A model generated the notes under the pieces. That model ran no database searches and had not been told where the DNA came from. It worked only from the letters and a program-made list of their open reading frames with translations. Positions 48,395-57,322 of a stretch of 64,000 nt of DNA are shown piece by piece. The DNA comes from a candidate division WOR-3 bacterium (GTDB lineage: Bacteria; Hydrothermota; 32-111), in contig JBDRZU010000002.1 in assembly GCA_039804105.1 (NCBI GenBank), positions 192,001 through 256,000 on the forward strand, in the 5' to 3' direction. A program made the position numbers and the translations under genes. Position 1 is the stretch's first letter; each line of letters begins with the position of its first letter.

Positions 48395-49300
48395 GATTGG
48401 AGCATATTTCTTTTTTATTCTTTCGTTCAACAACTTTCCCAACTTTATATTTGCAATCTCTTCTTTTACTTTATCCTTTATCCCATTTAGCAAAGTATCA
48501 AGAATTTCTACCAATATCTGAAGATCATTTTCATAAAAAAGTCCAAGTGTATAGATATATTCATCCTGTTCATTTTTAAATTCAAGGTTTATCCTTATCT
48601 CTTTTTTGAATAGAACAAAAAAAACATTCTCTCTACAAAGATCCTCTATAATTTTTTTCTTTTCCTTTTCTTTCAAAATTAGAACCCATTCTCTTGAAAT
48701 TCTGCTTTTTGAAATATTTTTAAAAAGTTCTTGTTCATTCAAAGATTTTTTTAAATCTGTTAGAGTATTTTCATCATAATTAAACTTAAATCTTTCTTTG
48801 TATTTAAAAAACCTAAAGATCCTTGTAGGATCCTCTATAAAAAGATTTTCTCTGTTTTCTCTTATAATTTTATTTTCAATATCTTTGATACCATTTAATG
48901 GATCTAAATAGTTATGCTCTTTTAAAGAATAGGCAATACTATTGATCGTAAAATCTCTCCTTTTGATATCATCAATTATTGTTCCTTTCGAAAGTTCAGG
49001 AAGCATACCATTTTCAGGATAATATTCTTTTCTTGTAAAAATAATATCGAAAGAAGAATCATCAAGAACAAATTTGTATGTTTTCAACTTTGATTTTGTT
49101 TCTTTTATAATCTTTTTTCCAAAATAGATTTTAAAGTATGAAATAAACTTCTCAATATCTCCCTCAACAGCAATATCTATATCGAAAAAATCATCCATAC
49201 CAAGGAACTTATCCCTGATGACACCACCTATTAAATAAACATTAAAATCTTTTGATTTTGGAATATTGTTCAGGTGAGTTAAAATTTCATTAAATTTCAT
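48377..49300 (-). CDS. cca: Class II tRNA nucleotidyltransferase, possibly A-adding type
   Basis: GGVIRD, DIDI, RKEYY....LP, DIKRRDFTINS and EDPTRIFR motifs. Confidence 0.88.
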   Translation of the reverse strand: MKFNEILTHLNNIPKSKDFNVYLIGGVIRDKFLGMDDFFDIDIAVEGDIEKFISYFKIYFGKKIIKETKSKLKTYKFVLDDSSFDIIFTRKEYYPENGMLPELSKGTIIDDIKRRDFTINSIAYSLKEHNYLDPLNGIKDIENKIIRENRENLFIEDPTRIFRFFKYKERFKFNYDENTLTDLKKSLNEQELFKNISKSRISREWVLILKEKEKKKIIEDLCRENVFFVLFKKEIRINLEFKNEQDEYIYTLGLFYENDLQILVEILDTLLNGIKDKVKEEIANIKLGKLLNERIKKKYAPILEIYR

Positions 49301-49327
49301 AAAAAAGGGGGAACTTTAATCCCCCTT
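49301..49327 (-). terminator. Intrinsic terminator-like hairpin directly upstream of the cca ATG
   Basis: Minus strand reads AAGGGGGA-TTAAAGT-TCCCCCTT-TTTT then ATG. Confidence 0.65.
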
Positions 49328-49335
49328 CAAAAAAT

Positions 49336-50919
49336 TTACAATCTTTTCTTTGCTTTATCTAAATATTTCTGCGCTTTTTCGTGTTTTGGATCTATTTTCA
49401 AAACAGCCTCAAATTTTGCAACAGCGGTCTTGTAGTCACCAGCAAGATACGCTGCATAACCTTCTTCGTAAAGTTTATTTGGATCAGCAGTTTGTTTTGT
49501 CTCTTTTGGTTTTTCAACAGTTTTTTGTTCTTCTTTCTGTTGTTGTTTTTTCAGTTCATCTATATGTTGGAGTGCCTCACTATTTTTTGGATCAAGAAGT
49601 AAAAGGTTGTTCCATTCAGAAATCGCTGATTTAGTCCATCCTTTTGCTTCATATGAAAGAGCATTCTCTCTATATGTTTTTATCATCTGTTGTTTTTTTG
49701 TATTTGCTTCCTGCATATAAGCAAGAACAGTTGGATCATCAGGTGCAAGTTTTATCGCTTCGTTCAGTTTTGACAGAGCACCAACAATATCTCCTTTGTT
49801 CAAAAGTGTTTTCGCATCCTTTGCAAGTTGTATAGCTTTATCGTGGTTTATCTTTTCTGTATCATCCTTTTTATTCAGTTTAACATTAAGTTCAGTTGTA
49901 ACACCAGATGAAACTGTAAAAATTCTTTTTTGCCATTTGTATCCATTCGATTCAATCTTTAAGGTATATTTCCCGGGTTTTATCTGTAATTTTTTATATC
50001 CTCCTGTCAAACTTATCGGCTGAATATTTGTTTCCTCAAAAGTCAATGTTGCATCTAAAAGTTTATCATTCGAAGCATCAACAACATTTATTATCAAAGT
50101 ACCTGTACTCTCTTTTTGAGGTCCACCAAAATTGATAGTATAATTTGCTCCGATTTCGATTCTCGGTTTTAAAGCAGGATCACCTGATGTGAAAAGTTCA
50201 GCATGTGTTAATCCAAAAACAACATTCAAATCTTTTAGATTATATTTCAAACCAAGATTAACATCCCTTCCTGTTACATCTCCAAGAAAACTCAACCCAT
50301 AAACTATTGGTATCTCTGCACCACCAAAGAAACTGAACATAAACTCGTTTGCACCATTTTCAAGTGTCTGATCATCAAAAAGGATCGAAGTTGAAAGATA
50401 TTTTCCTCTTCCATAACCAACAAATTCTCCTCTACCAAGACCCAAAGTGTATTTACCGAAATTTTTGAAATCTTTTGTTGCAACGATGTATAAAGAGAAC
50501 CAGTCCTGTGACCTCAAACTATAATTATGATCTGAAAGACCTATAGCACTTGTGTCACCTCCCCCCCCTTCATCGATATATTTTCTATAGGTTATATTTC
50601 TTATACCTGCAGAAAGTGATGGAAGATTTCCTTTCGGTTTTAAAAAGTTGTATTGGAAATCTATCGTATAATCTTTATATGTAAGCATATTCAAAGTCAC
50701 ATCGAACATATCAAGAAGCCCATATGAGAAAAACAGATTATAGGTGAAAGGAACATTGTCATTTGTAAAAGCAGATGATAAAGAAAAATCTATCCCGAAA
50801 GAGAACTCACCATTTTTTTGTATTTCTGCTGTTGGAATATCTAAAAGTCCATTTGAGTTTGCAAATGGATAAAGAGCAACAAAAATTAAAAGTACTAATA
50901 TTGATAATCCCCTCTTCAT
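49336..50919 (-). CDS. YjbH-like barrel + PEGA/carboxypeptidase-regulatory-like domain + TPR protein
   Basis: Signal peptide, NGLLDIPTA, TLGLGRG.F, PGKYTLKIESNGY, C-terminal TPR repeats. Confidence 0.65.
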   Translation of the reverse strand: MKRGLSILVLLIFVALYPFANSNGLLDIPTAEIQKNGEFSFGIDFSLSSAFTNDNVPFTYNLFFSYGLLDMFDVTLNMLTYKDYTIDFQYNFLKPKGNLPSLSAGIRNITYRKYIDEGGGGDTSAIGLSDHNYSLRSQDWFSLYIVATKDFKNFGKYTLGLGRGEFVGYGRGKYLSTSILFDDQTLENGANEFMFSFFGGAEIPIVYGLSFLGDVTGRDVNLGLKYNLKDLNVVFGLTHAELFTSGDPALKPRIEIGANYTINFGGPQKESTGTLIINVVDASNDKLLDATLTFEETNIQPISLTGGYKKLQIKPGKYTLKIESNGYKWQKRIFTVSSGVTTELNVKLNKKDDTEKINHDKAIQLAKDAKTLLNKGDIVGALSKLNEAIKLAPDDPTVLAYMQEANTKKQQMIKTYRENALSYEAKGWTKSAISEWNNLLLLDPKNSEALQHIDELKKQQQKEEQKTVEKPKETKQTADPNKLYEEGYAAYLAGDYKTAVAKFEAVLKIDPKHEKAQKYLDKAKKRL

Positions 50920-50937
50920 AAAAACTCCTTTTTTAAA

Positions 50938-50965
50938 ATGATAAGATAAAAATAAAATTTGTCAA
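50938..50965 (-). promoter_or_regulatory. sigma70-type promoter TTGACA-N16-TATCAT
   Basis: Hexamers followed by AAGGAG and ATG 50919. Confidence 0.55.
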
Positions 50966-50994
50966 TATTTTTATTCAATTAATGCAAATAGAAC

Positions 50995-51019
50995 AAAGGG
51001 GTGTTTTTTACACCCCTTT
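50995..51019. terminator. Intrinsic terminator hairpin with a perfect 10-bp stem
   Basis: AAAGGGGTGT-TTTTT-ACACCCCTTT, 8 nt past the repaired stop of the 51028..51923 gene. Confidence 0.8.
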
Positions 51020-51027
51020 TACTTTTG

Positions 51028-51923
51028 TTATCGCTTCATTATCACTATCTTCTTATCTATCTTTGTGTCTCCGTCTCTCAACCTCACAAATATATTCCAC
51101 TTGGAACTCTATCCAGCTCATACATGTGCTCACCTTTCTTCATATTTGTACTATTGTATATAACCTTCCCCATCACATCATACACCTTTATCTCATTATC
51201 TCCACTATTCACTCTATACCTTATCCACCTATATCCGCATTCCAACTCACTCTTTATACCATCTACGTTCTTCACCTCTAGCAATTCCTCTATCCCACTC
51301 ATCCCAAATGTCCCTCTCATCACAACTGGATAATGGCATCTGAATGAGTTCAATGTACCTATTATACTCATTGAATCAGGATATATAGTATCACCTACAC
51401 TTATCGTTGGTTTGCTTATGTTTGTACTCAGTTGTATCATCAATATACTCTTCGATGGGTTCCAATACGCTGTTTCTATCATTCCAAATCCATCTGTCCA
51501 TCTGTGTCCACTCGATAATCTCAATACATCATCTATATTTAATGATGTTATCCCAAATCCGTTCGTTGGCTGATTAAAATACAACACTACATAATCATCA
51601 TCATCTATTCCACCTCCATATACACTTCCATCAAATGCTATCGCTGAATCTATCCTCAATGGCTTTCCAAAGTGTGCTCTCAACAACACCGTGTCTGCCT
51701 TTACATTGTATATGTTCGTATACACCCTCAAATTACCCTCTACCATACCTGTATCCACTGAAAATGCCTTCGTCCCATACCTAACACTATCTCCAGGATT
51801 TATTATTATTGGATATGTATATGCACTATCCCTCCAAAATGCATTGTTTTTATACTTCACTGAATCTACTTTTAATACACCATCTCCAACATTCCTGATG
51901 TATAAATCTCTCCAAATGTACAT
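51028..51923 (-). pseudogene. 5'-truncated, frameshifted T9SS-cargo gene fragment (Ig-like domain + unknown domain + CTD)
   Basis: No signal peptide, and an in-frame TGA lies 4 codons upstream of the ATG. The CTD VYDVMGK...PSGIY stops early. Adding one T at 51088-51090 restores FVRLRDGDTKIDKKIVIMKR*. Codon usage is atypical. Confidence 0.75.
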
Positions 51924-51936
51924 CCTGTTTGTTCAT

Positions 51937-51968
51937 TGTCTTCGGGGACGGTGCTTGACTTTTTGACA
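51937..51968. other. GC-rich motif TGTCTTCGGGGACGGTGCTTGACTTTTTGACA, possible mobile-element or REP-like end
   Basis: TGTC...GACA inverted termini and a GC island at the truncation point of the pseudogene. The identity rests on recollection of similar motifs and is unverified. Confidence 0.3.
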
Positions 51969-52007
51969 TTTTGGGGAAATGGTACTGTAAAAACAAAAAT
52001 ATATTTT

Positions 52008-53360
52008 CTATACCAACAAGAACAAAAAAGTTGCTAACAAAAAAAGAATGAAAAATATTTTACTCATATCTTTTAATTTTAAAGTTGGTTCTTCACTTGA
52101 AAATGATAGACCTGTTTCTAAAACTTCCTCTCTGTAATCAAAAATTTTTCTGTCAAAATCAACACTTTTTTTTGAAAAAAAATCGAGCATATAATTCAAC
52201 AGAGGTAAAAATCCTGAAGTCAAAATAAAGTTTGAAAGATTTGTATCGAGAGGTAAAGAAACATAAAATTTTTCATCTGAAAATGAAACAAGTTTATTCC
52301 CTTCTTCATCAACGATTAAAGGTTCTTTGGGGATACTCGAAATTTTGTTATAGTAAAGGTTGTCAAATCCATTTTTTACAACTTCTTTTAGATTTTTATC
52401 CTTAAAAATTATTTCTTTTTTTCCTGGTGTTGAGTTTAACCTATATTCCTTTGAAAAAACAATACCTTTTTTTATATCATCTTTTTCAGAAATAAAAATA
52501 TCACTTTTACCTGTTTCATATCCGAGTGTTTTGAGTGCTAACTTGATACTCTTTTCATTTATCAGGTTGTTTACTTTTTCATTTTTTAAAAATATCGTTT
52601 TTGAAAATTTTATCGAATCATTAAAAATTTTTAAAAAGGTTAAAGAATCAAACCTAATATCGAAAAAATTGATTCCTTTTTTAAGTAAAACCTTTTCTTG
52701 TTTATCATTTATAATCAGGGAAGCGATCTTTTCATCTTTTGAAAAAATTTTGATCACAGGAAAAATATCAACGATTAGAATATCAAAATCGTTATCAATT
52801 TTTATAAAATCAAAATCCTCTCTGAATTTTTCATAAACTCTATCTGAAATCAAAACTTTTTTTATTGATGGTGAATTTATTTTTTGAATCAGTTTAACAA
52901 AATTTCTAATCACATACTCTTTTTCTAAAAGTTCTCCAGAAAAAATTTTTTCTTTTTTGAATGGATAATCAATTTTTTCTTTGCTATCAAAAATCAAAAT
53001 TTTCTCAAAATCGTTTTCTTTTTTAAATTTTTCAATTATACTATCAACTTTTTCACTTTTAAGATTTAAAAATGGAGTATTATCAATATATACAATGAGA
53101 AATTCAATTTTTTGTGATTTTATGTATGGTTTTGATAAAAAAAGTATCAAACATGAAAATGAAAACACAAAGAGAATTATTTTGAAAATGTATATGAAAA
53201 CTTTTAAATCTTTTTTTATGATACTTTTCTCTTCTTCCTTAAAAACATCAACATAAGGATAATTCTTTACTTTTTTGAATTTTTTTGAAAATATCAATAG
53301 AAGCAGAAATAAAGGTAAAAGAGAAAAAAGTATAAGAATATACTCTCTATAGAAAAACAC
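52008..53360 (-). CDS. Membrane protein with BatA-like N-terminus
   Basis: Two N-terminal TM helices (LLPL...YP...LSKP), a degenerate vWA-like start (YIDNT), a C-terminal TM helix. Adjacent to DUF58. Confidence 0.6.
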   Translation of the reverse strand: MFFYREYILILFSLLPLFLLLLIFSKKFKKVKNYPYVDVFKEEEKSIIKKDLKVFIYIFKIILFVFSFSCLILFLSKPYIKSQKIEFLIVYIDNTPFLNLKSEKVDSIIEKFKKENDFEKILIFDSKEKIDYPFKKEKIFSGELLEKEYVIRNFVKLIQKINSPSIKKVLISDRVYEKFREDFDFIKIDNDFDILIVDIFPVIKIFSKDEKIASLIINDKQEKVLLKKGINFFDIRFDSLTFLKIFNDSIKFSKTIFLKNEKVNNLINEKSIKLALKTLGYETGKSDIFISEKDDIKKGIVFSKEYRLNSTPGKKEIIFKDKNLKEVVKNGFDNLYYNKISSIPKEPLIVDEEGNKLVSFSDEKFYVSLPLDTNLSNFILTSGFLPLLNYMLDFFSKKSVDFDRKIFDYREEVLETGLSFSSEEPTLKLKDMSKIFFILFLLATFLFLLV

Positions 53361-54207
53361 TCTTTCTCCTTAAAAAGAATTTTGAAAGTGGTTTTTCAAA
53401 TCCTTCCTCTATCATTATATGGTTATAATCTATTCCATTTTCATAACAGATCTTTTTTATCCTTTCATTTCTCTGATTTAAAATTTTCAACCTGTCAAAA
53501 GACGAATCAAGAAAAATGGTTTTTCCTGTTTCCATATCTTTCAAATATACATTTTCAAAATTTTTTCTTTCAAATTCTTTTTTACTTTGAATATGGAAAA
53601 CTATAGAATCATTTTTGAAAACTTTATATATAGAAATCGTTTTCATAATGTTTTCAAGATTCTCCCCAAAATCTGTGATAAAAATAACAAAAGTTGATTT
53701 TTTTACTTTTGAAAGAATTTCCTGCAAAACTCTTGCACCCTCTGTTTCTCCTTCCGGTTTTATCTTTTCAAGATCTTGGTAGATTTGAAAAATCAGGTTT
53801 TGCTTTTTTGATGGTTTATGAAAAATTCTTATTCTGTTGTTATAAAGTGAATAACCAAAGGAATCGTTCTGTTTTTTTGCAATTAAAGCGAAAACAAACA
53901 GTAATGTTTTTCCATATTCAAATTTGTTTGAAAATTGCATAGATTTTGAAGAATCAAGAAACACAAGAATATCAGTGTCCGACTCGCCTTCGTTTTCTCT
54001 TACAAAAAGTTTTTCACTTCTTAAAAAAACTTTCCAATCGATCTTTTTAAAATCATCACCCTGTATATACTCTCTATACTCAGAAAATTCAGATGAAAAT
54101 CCTTTGTATGGAGTTTTATGTATACCTGAAAAATATCCTTTTAAAATATATTTTGATCTTAAAAAAAGGTTTTCTATACTGAAAATTTCTGAAAAATTTT
54201 TATTCAT
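53347..54207 (-). CDS. DUF58 family vWA protein (MoxR-associated)
   Basis: GIHKTPYKG.S.EFSEYREY..GDD...IDWK, MIDAS motif DSSKSM, ITDF. Confidence 0.92.
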   Translation of the reverse strand: MNKNFSEIFSIENLFLRSKYILKGYFSGIHKTPYKGFSSEFSEYREYIQGDDFKKIDWKVFLRSEKLFVRENEGESDTDILVFLDSSKSMQFSNKFEYGKTLLFVFALIAKKQNDSFGYSLYNNRIRIFHKPSKKQNLIFQIYQDLEKIKPEGETEGARVLQEILSKVKKSTFVIFITDFGENLENIMKTISIYKVFKNDSIVFHIQSKKEFERKNFENVYLKDMETGKTIFLDSSFDRLKILNQRNERIKKICYENGIDYNHIMIEEGFEKPLSKFFLRRKSVFL

Positions 54208-55726
54208 TTACTCTATAAATCTTTAAACTTTCATTTTGCAAAGATGTTCTGTATATAATTTGTGTTGAATCAAGAAATGATGGTTTATTACCATAATAAA
54301 AATAGTATGAGATTCTATATCTTTTTAAATCTTCAAAAAATTTATTCTCATCATCCGAGTAATAGAAAGTTCCATAATATTTCAAATTCAAATAATATGA
54401 AAGATATGTAGTGTTCTTTCTATTTGAATTTGATGCAACATTCCCTGAAATATCCAGATCTTTCAATTCTAATGAGAGGTTATAGAAATCTTTTCCAGAG
54501 TTAAGATCAGATTTCAACTCTTTTATAGGCATTACCAGAAAAGACAAAGAAATTAAGACAAAAGATGCAATTTTTAAATAATATTTAATTTTAAGATTCT
54601 CTAAAACAATCAAATACAAGGAAGCGATCAAATAAAAATTGATAAAGATATATCTCCTTTCAATTTCAACAGGTAGATATCCAATAAAAGATAGAATAGA
54701 TGCAGAAAAGATTAGTAAGAGATTTTTTCTTTTTTTCTTTCTTATAAACAAATATATGGATAGAATAAAAAACAAAGGCAAAAATAAAGAAAATGAGAGT
54801 AAAAGTTTCAATATTCTTAATGTCTTTTTAGAAACTATTTTTAAATAATAATTCAAATTTTCAATTATCATCTTAATATTGATCTCAGGATGTTTAACAT
54901 AAGAAGGATCATCCCAGAAAGATGTTGAAAGCGAATCTGGTGGTGGGAGTGGATGTGTATAGATCTCTTTCAGTTTTAAAGTGTCAATCGTTAAAACTGT
55001 ATAGTTGAATTTTCCTGTTGTTCCAACTGTTGGATAACCATACTTTGCAGAGACAATAAAGATCCAAATTGATGATAGAATAATGAAAACGATTCCTGAC
55101 AGAAGAAGATATTTTAGATTCTTAAAATTCTTTTTTATCAGGTTGATGAAGAATAGAATTATCAAAAGACCAAGGAAAAAGAAAAAACCGTATGTTTTTG
55201 CAAGATATGTCAAAAATCCTACAAATCCAAGTAAAATAAAGGAATATTTATTGTTGAAAAGATTTTCATCGACTAAAAATGATAATAAAAATAGGAAGAA
55301 GGTTGTAGTTATAAAATCTGATGTGATCGTTATAAGTGTAAAATGTGTTGTAAGAATTGGTGCAATGAATATTAAAAAAATTTTTTTATAGTTTGATTTT
55401 AATCCACTTTTTTTTAAAAATCTATCAAACGAGTATATTGAAAATAAACCTATAAAATAGGATAAAATTTTAAATGAAATCACACCTTCTTTAAAAACAA
55501 CCAAAAAAGGAATAAGTAAAAAAGAGATTAAAGGAGACCAGTAGCCGTTTACAGCAAGTTTTAAATTTCCTGTTAAATATTTTTTTGCGATGTTTATTAT
55601 TGAAATTCCATCAGGGTTGATCTGGTATTTGAAAAAAGGGAGAAAGAAAAAAAACAATATTGTGTAAATGATAAATGTTAACAAGAGATAATATTTTGAA
55701 ATAAAATCTTTAACTTTTTGTTTCAT
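54200..55726 (-). CDS. Polytopic membrane protein, probable GT-C fold glycosyltransferase (ArnT/PMT-like)
   Basis: NPDG.S...IA.KY..G....AVNGYWSPL, about 12 TM helices, ERRY. Start moved to ATG 55726. Confidence 0.65.
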   Translation of the reverse strand: MKQKVKDFISKYYLLLTFIIYTILFFFFLPFFKYQINPDGISIINIAKKYLTGNLKLAVNGYWSPLISFLLIPFLVVFKEGVISFKILSYFIGLFSIYSFDRFLKKSGLKSNYKKIFLIFIAPILTTHFTLITITSDFITTTFFLFLLSFLVDENLFNNKYSFILLGFVGFLTYLAKTYGFFFFLGLLIILFFINLIKKNFKNLKYLLLSGIVFIILSSIWIFIVSAKYGYPTVGTTGKFNYTVLTIDTLKLKEIYTHPLPPPDSLSTSFWDDPSYVKHPEINIKMIIENLNYYLKIVSKKTLRILKLLLSFSLFLPLFFILSIYLFIRKKKRKNLLLIFSASILSFIGYLPVEIERRYIFINFYLIASLYLIVLENLKIKYYLKIASFVLISLSFLVMPIKELKSDLNSGKDFYNLSLELKDLDISGNVASNSNRKNTTYLSYYLNLKYYGTFYYSDDENKFFEDLKRYRISYYFYYGNKPSFLDSTQIIYRTSLQNESLKIYRVNE

Positions 55727-57281
55727 GGTATGATTCTTCTGCATTGACATTCCAGATCGTTTCTTTACTCTTTTTGTTCTCAACGATTATCTCATAACAT
55801 TCCTTGGCGCTGAGCATAGAATGATCCATATTGTTATATCTATGCATTCCATTTCTTCCAATTAAAAAAAGATTTTCGATTTTATCTGAAAACTCTTTAA
55901 CAGTTTCAAAATCTCTATAAACACCAAAATATGCAGGATACGCTTTTTCTTCCCTTAAAATTACACTATCGAGAACATCTTCTTTTTTAAAGAATCCAAT
56001 TTTTTCCATCTCTTCAAATGAAAAATTTTTTAAAAGATCATCTTCAAGATTCCAAATTTGGTCAAAGGTGTTTGCAAAATATTCTAAACCCATCCAGACA
56101 AGATTCAAATCTTTTACAAGGTATGGAGACCAGTTGTTAAAAATCTGTGCTCTTCCAACTTTAACATCCTTTTCCTGAATATAGATCCAATTGTCTGGGA
56201 TTATATTGTTTACAGTTTTAATTTTCGTTTTATTTTCAAGTAAGAGTTTTTTTAATAAAACTCCAACAGTAAAAAAGTCCCGATATTGTAAATTCAACGC
56301 AACATTTTTAACTTTATCTGGAATTTTATCACCTTCCATACCTTCAAATAAATCCTTTATAGGAAGTGTTGAAATAAAGTAATCACAATCTATTTTTTCA
56401 ATATTTTTGTTTTTATCTTCAATTTTAACAGAGACAATCTTATTATTTTCTAAAATTACTCCTACTATCCTCTTATTTTTTTCTATAATTGCTCCATTAT
56501 TTTCAGCCAACTTTCCAACTTCTTCCCAGAACTGTCCTGGTCCATATTTAGGATACAAAAATTTTTCAATCAAACTCGTTTCAACTTCCTTCTGATCAAT
56601 ATTTCTACTTTTAAAATTTTTAGTTATTGCATGAATTATCGCTTTACCAATATCCAATCCTTTTACTCTCTGTCTTCCCCAACTTGCTTCAATATCTTTA
56701 CACGAAACACCCCACACCTTTTCTGTATAATCCTTAAAAAATGTATCATAGAGTTCAAATCCAAATCTATTGATAAAAAAATCTTCAAGATTTTTTTCCT
56801 CTTTTATCGGTTTGATTTTGACTTTCAAATAATCCAAACCTATTTTTAAACTTTTTGTAATTCCAAGATTTTTTAATGTTTCAAATGATAAACTCACAGG
56901 ATAACTGTAAAATTTTCTACCATAAAATATTCTTGACAATCTATCTCTTATCAAAAATACATTATCATCGATTTCTGGATCAACCTTTCTATCTTTTTTT
57001 TCAAAAGAGATCTCTTTATTCAAAATGATTTGATCTTTTGATCTTTCGGTCTGAATCGGGAAAATCGAAGTCCAAAAATCCATAACCCATGATGATTTTG
57101 AAAAGAATCTATGACCACCAAGATCTATTCTATTTCCATTATAATTTAATGTTTTTGCTATCCCCCCAAGATATTCTGATTTTTCAAAAAGTATAACTTT
57201 ATAATTTTTGTTTTTTGTAAAAAGATATGCTGCTGTAAGCCCGGCAGGACCTCCACCACCAATAACTATAATTTTTCCCAT
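55710..57281 (-). CDS. FAD-dependent oxidoreductase (HemY / UDP-galactopyranose mutase-like family)
   Basis: [32 protein letters not shown] and [15 protein letters not shown] motifs. Confidence 0.88.
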   Translation of the reverse strand: MGKIIVIGGGGPAGLTAAYLFTKNKNYKVILFEKSEYLGGIAKTLNYNGNRIDLGGHRFFSKSSWVMDFWTSIFPIQTERSKDQIILNKEISFEKKDRKVDPEIDDNVFLIRDRLSRIFYGRKFYSYPVSLSFETLKNLGITKSLKIGLDYLKVKIKPIKEEKNLEDFFINRFGFELYDTFFKDYTEKVWGVSCKDIEASWGRQRVKGLDIGKAIIHAITKNFKSRNIDQKEVETSLIEKFLYPKYGPGQFWEEVGKLAENNGAIIEKNKRIVGVILENNKIVSVKIEDKNKNIEKIDCDYFISTLPIKDLFEGMEGDKIPDKVKNVALNLQYRDFFTVGVLLKKLLLENKTKIKTVNNIIPDNWIYIQEKDVKVGRAQIFNNWSPYLVKDLNLVWMGLEYFANTFDQIWNLEDDLLKNFSFEEMEKIGFFKKEDVLDSVILREEKAYPAYFGVYRDFETVKEFSDKIENLFLIGRNGMHRYNNMDHSMLSAKECYEIIVENKKSKETIWNVNAEESYHETKS

Positions 57282-57290
57282 ATGGAATAG

Positions 57291-57318
57291 ATTATATGTT
57301 AAATAAAAAATTTTTCAA
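57291..57318 (-). promoter_or_regulatory. sigma70-type promoter TTGAAA-N16-TATAAT, near-leaderless
   Basis: -10 box is 9 nt from ATG 57281. No SD sequence. Confidence 0.55.
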
Positions 57319-57322
57319 CAAA

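Noticed and set aside
50982..51966. Plus-strand ORFs 50982..51281, 51001..51333 and 51691..51966
   Set aside because: They are antisense shadows of the purine-rich cassette, and two run through the terminator hairpin.
51028..51990. Diversity-generating retroelement or retron as the source of the odd cassette
   Set aside because: I found no reverse transcriptase and no template/variable repeat pair differing at adenines in this window.
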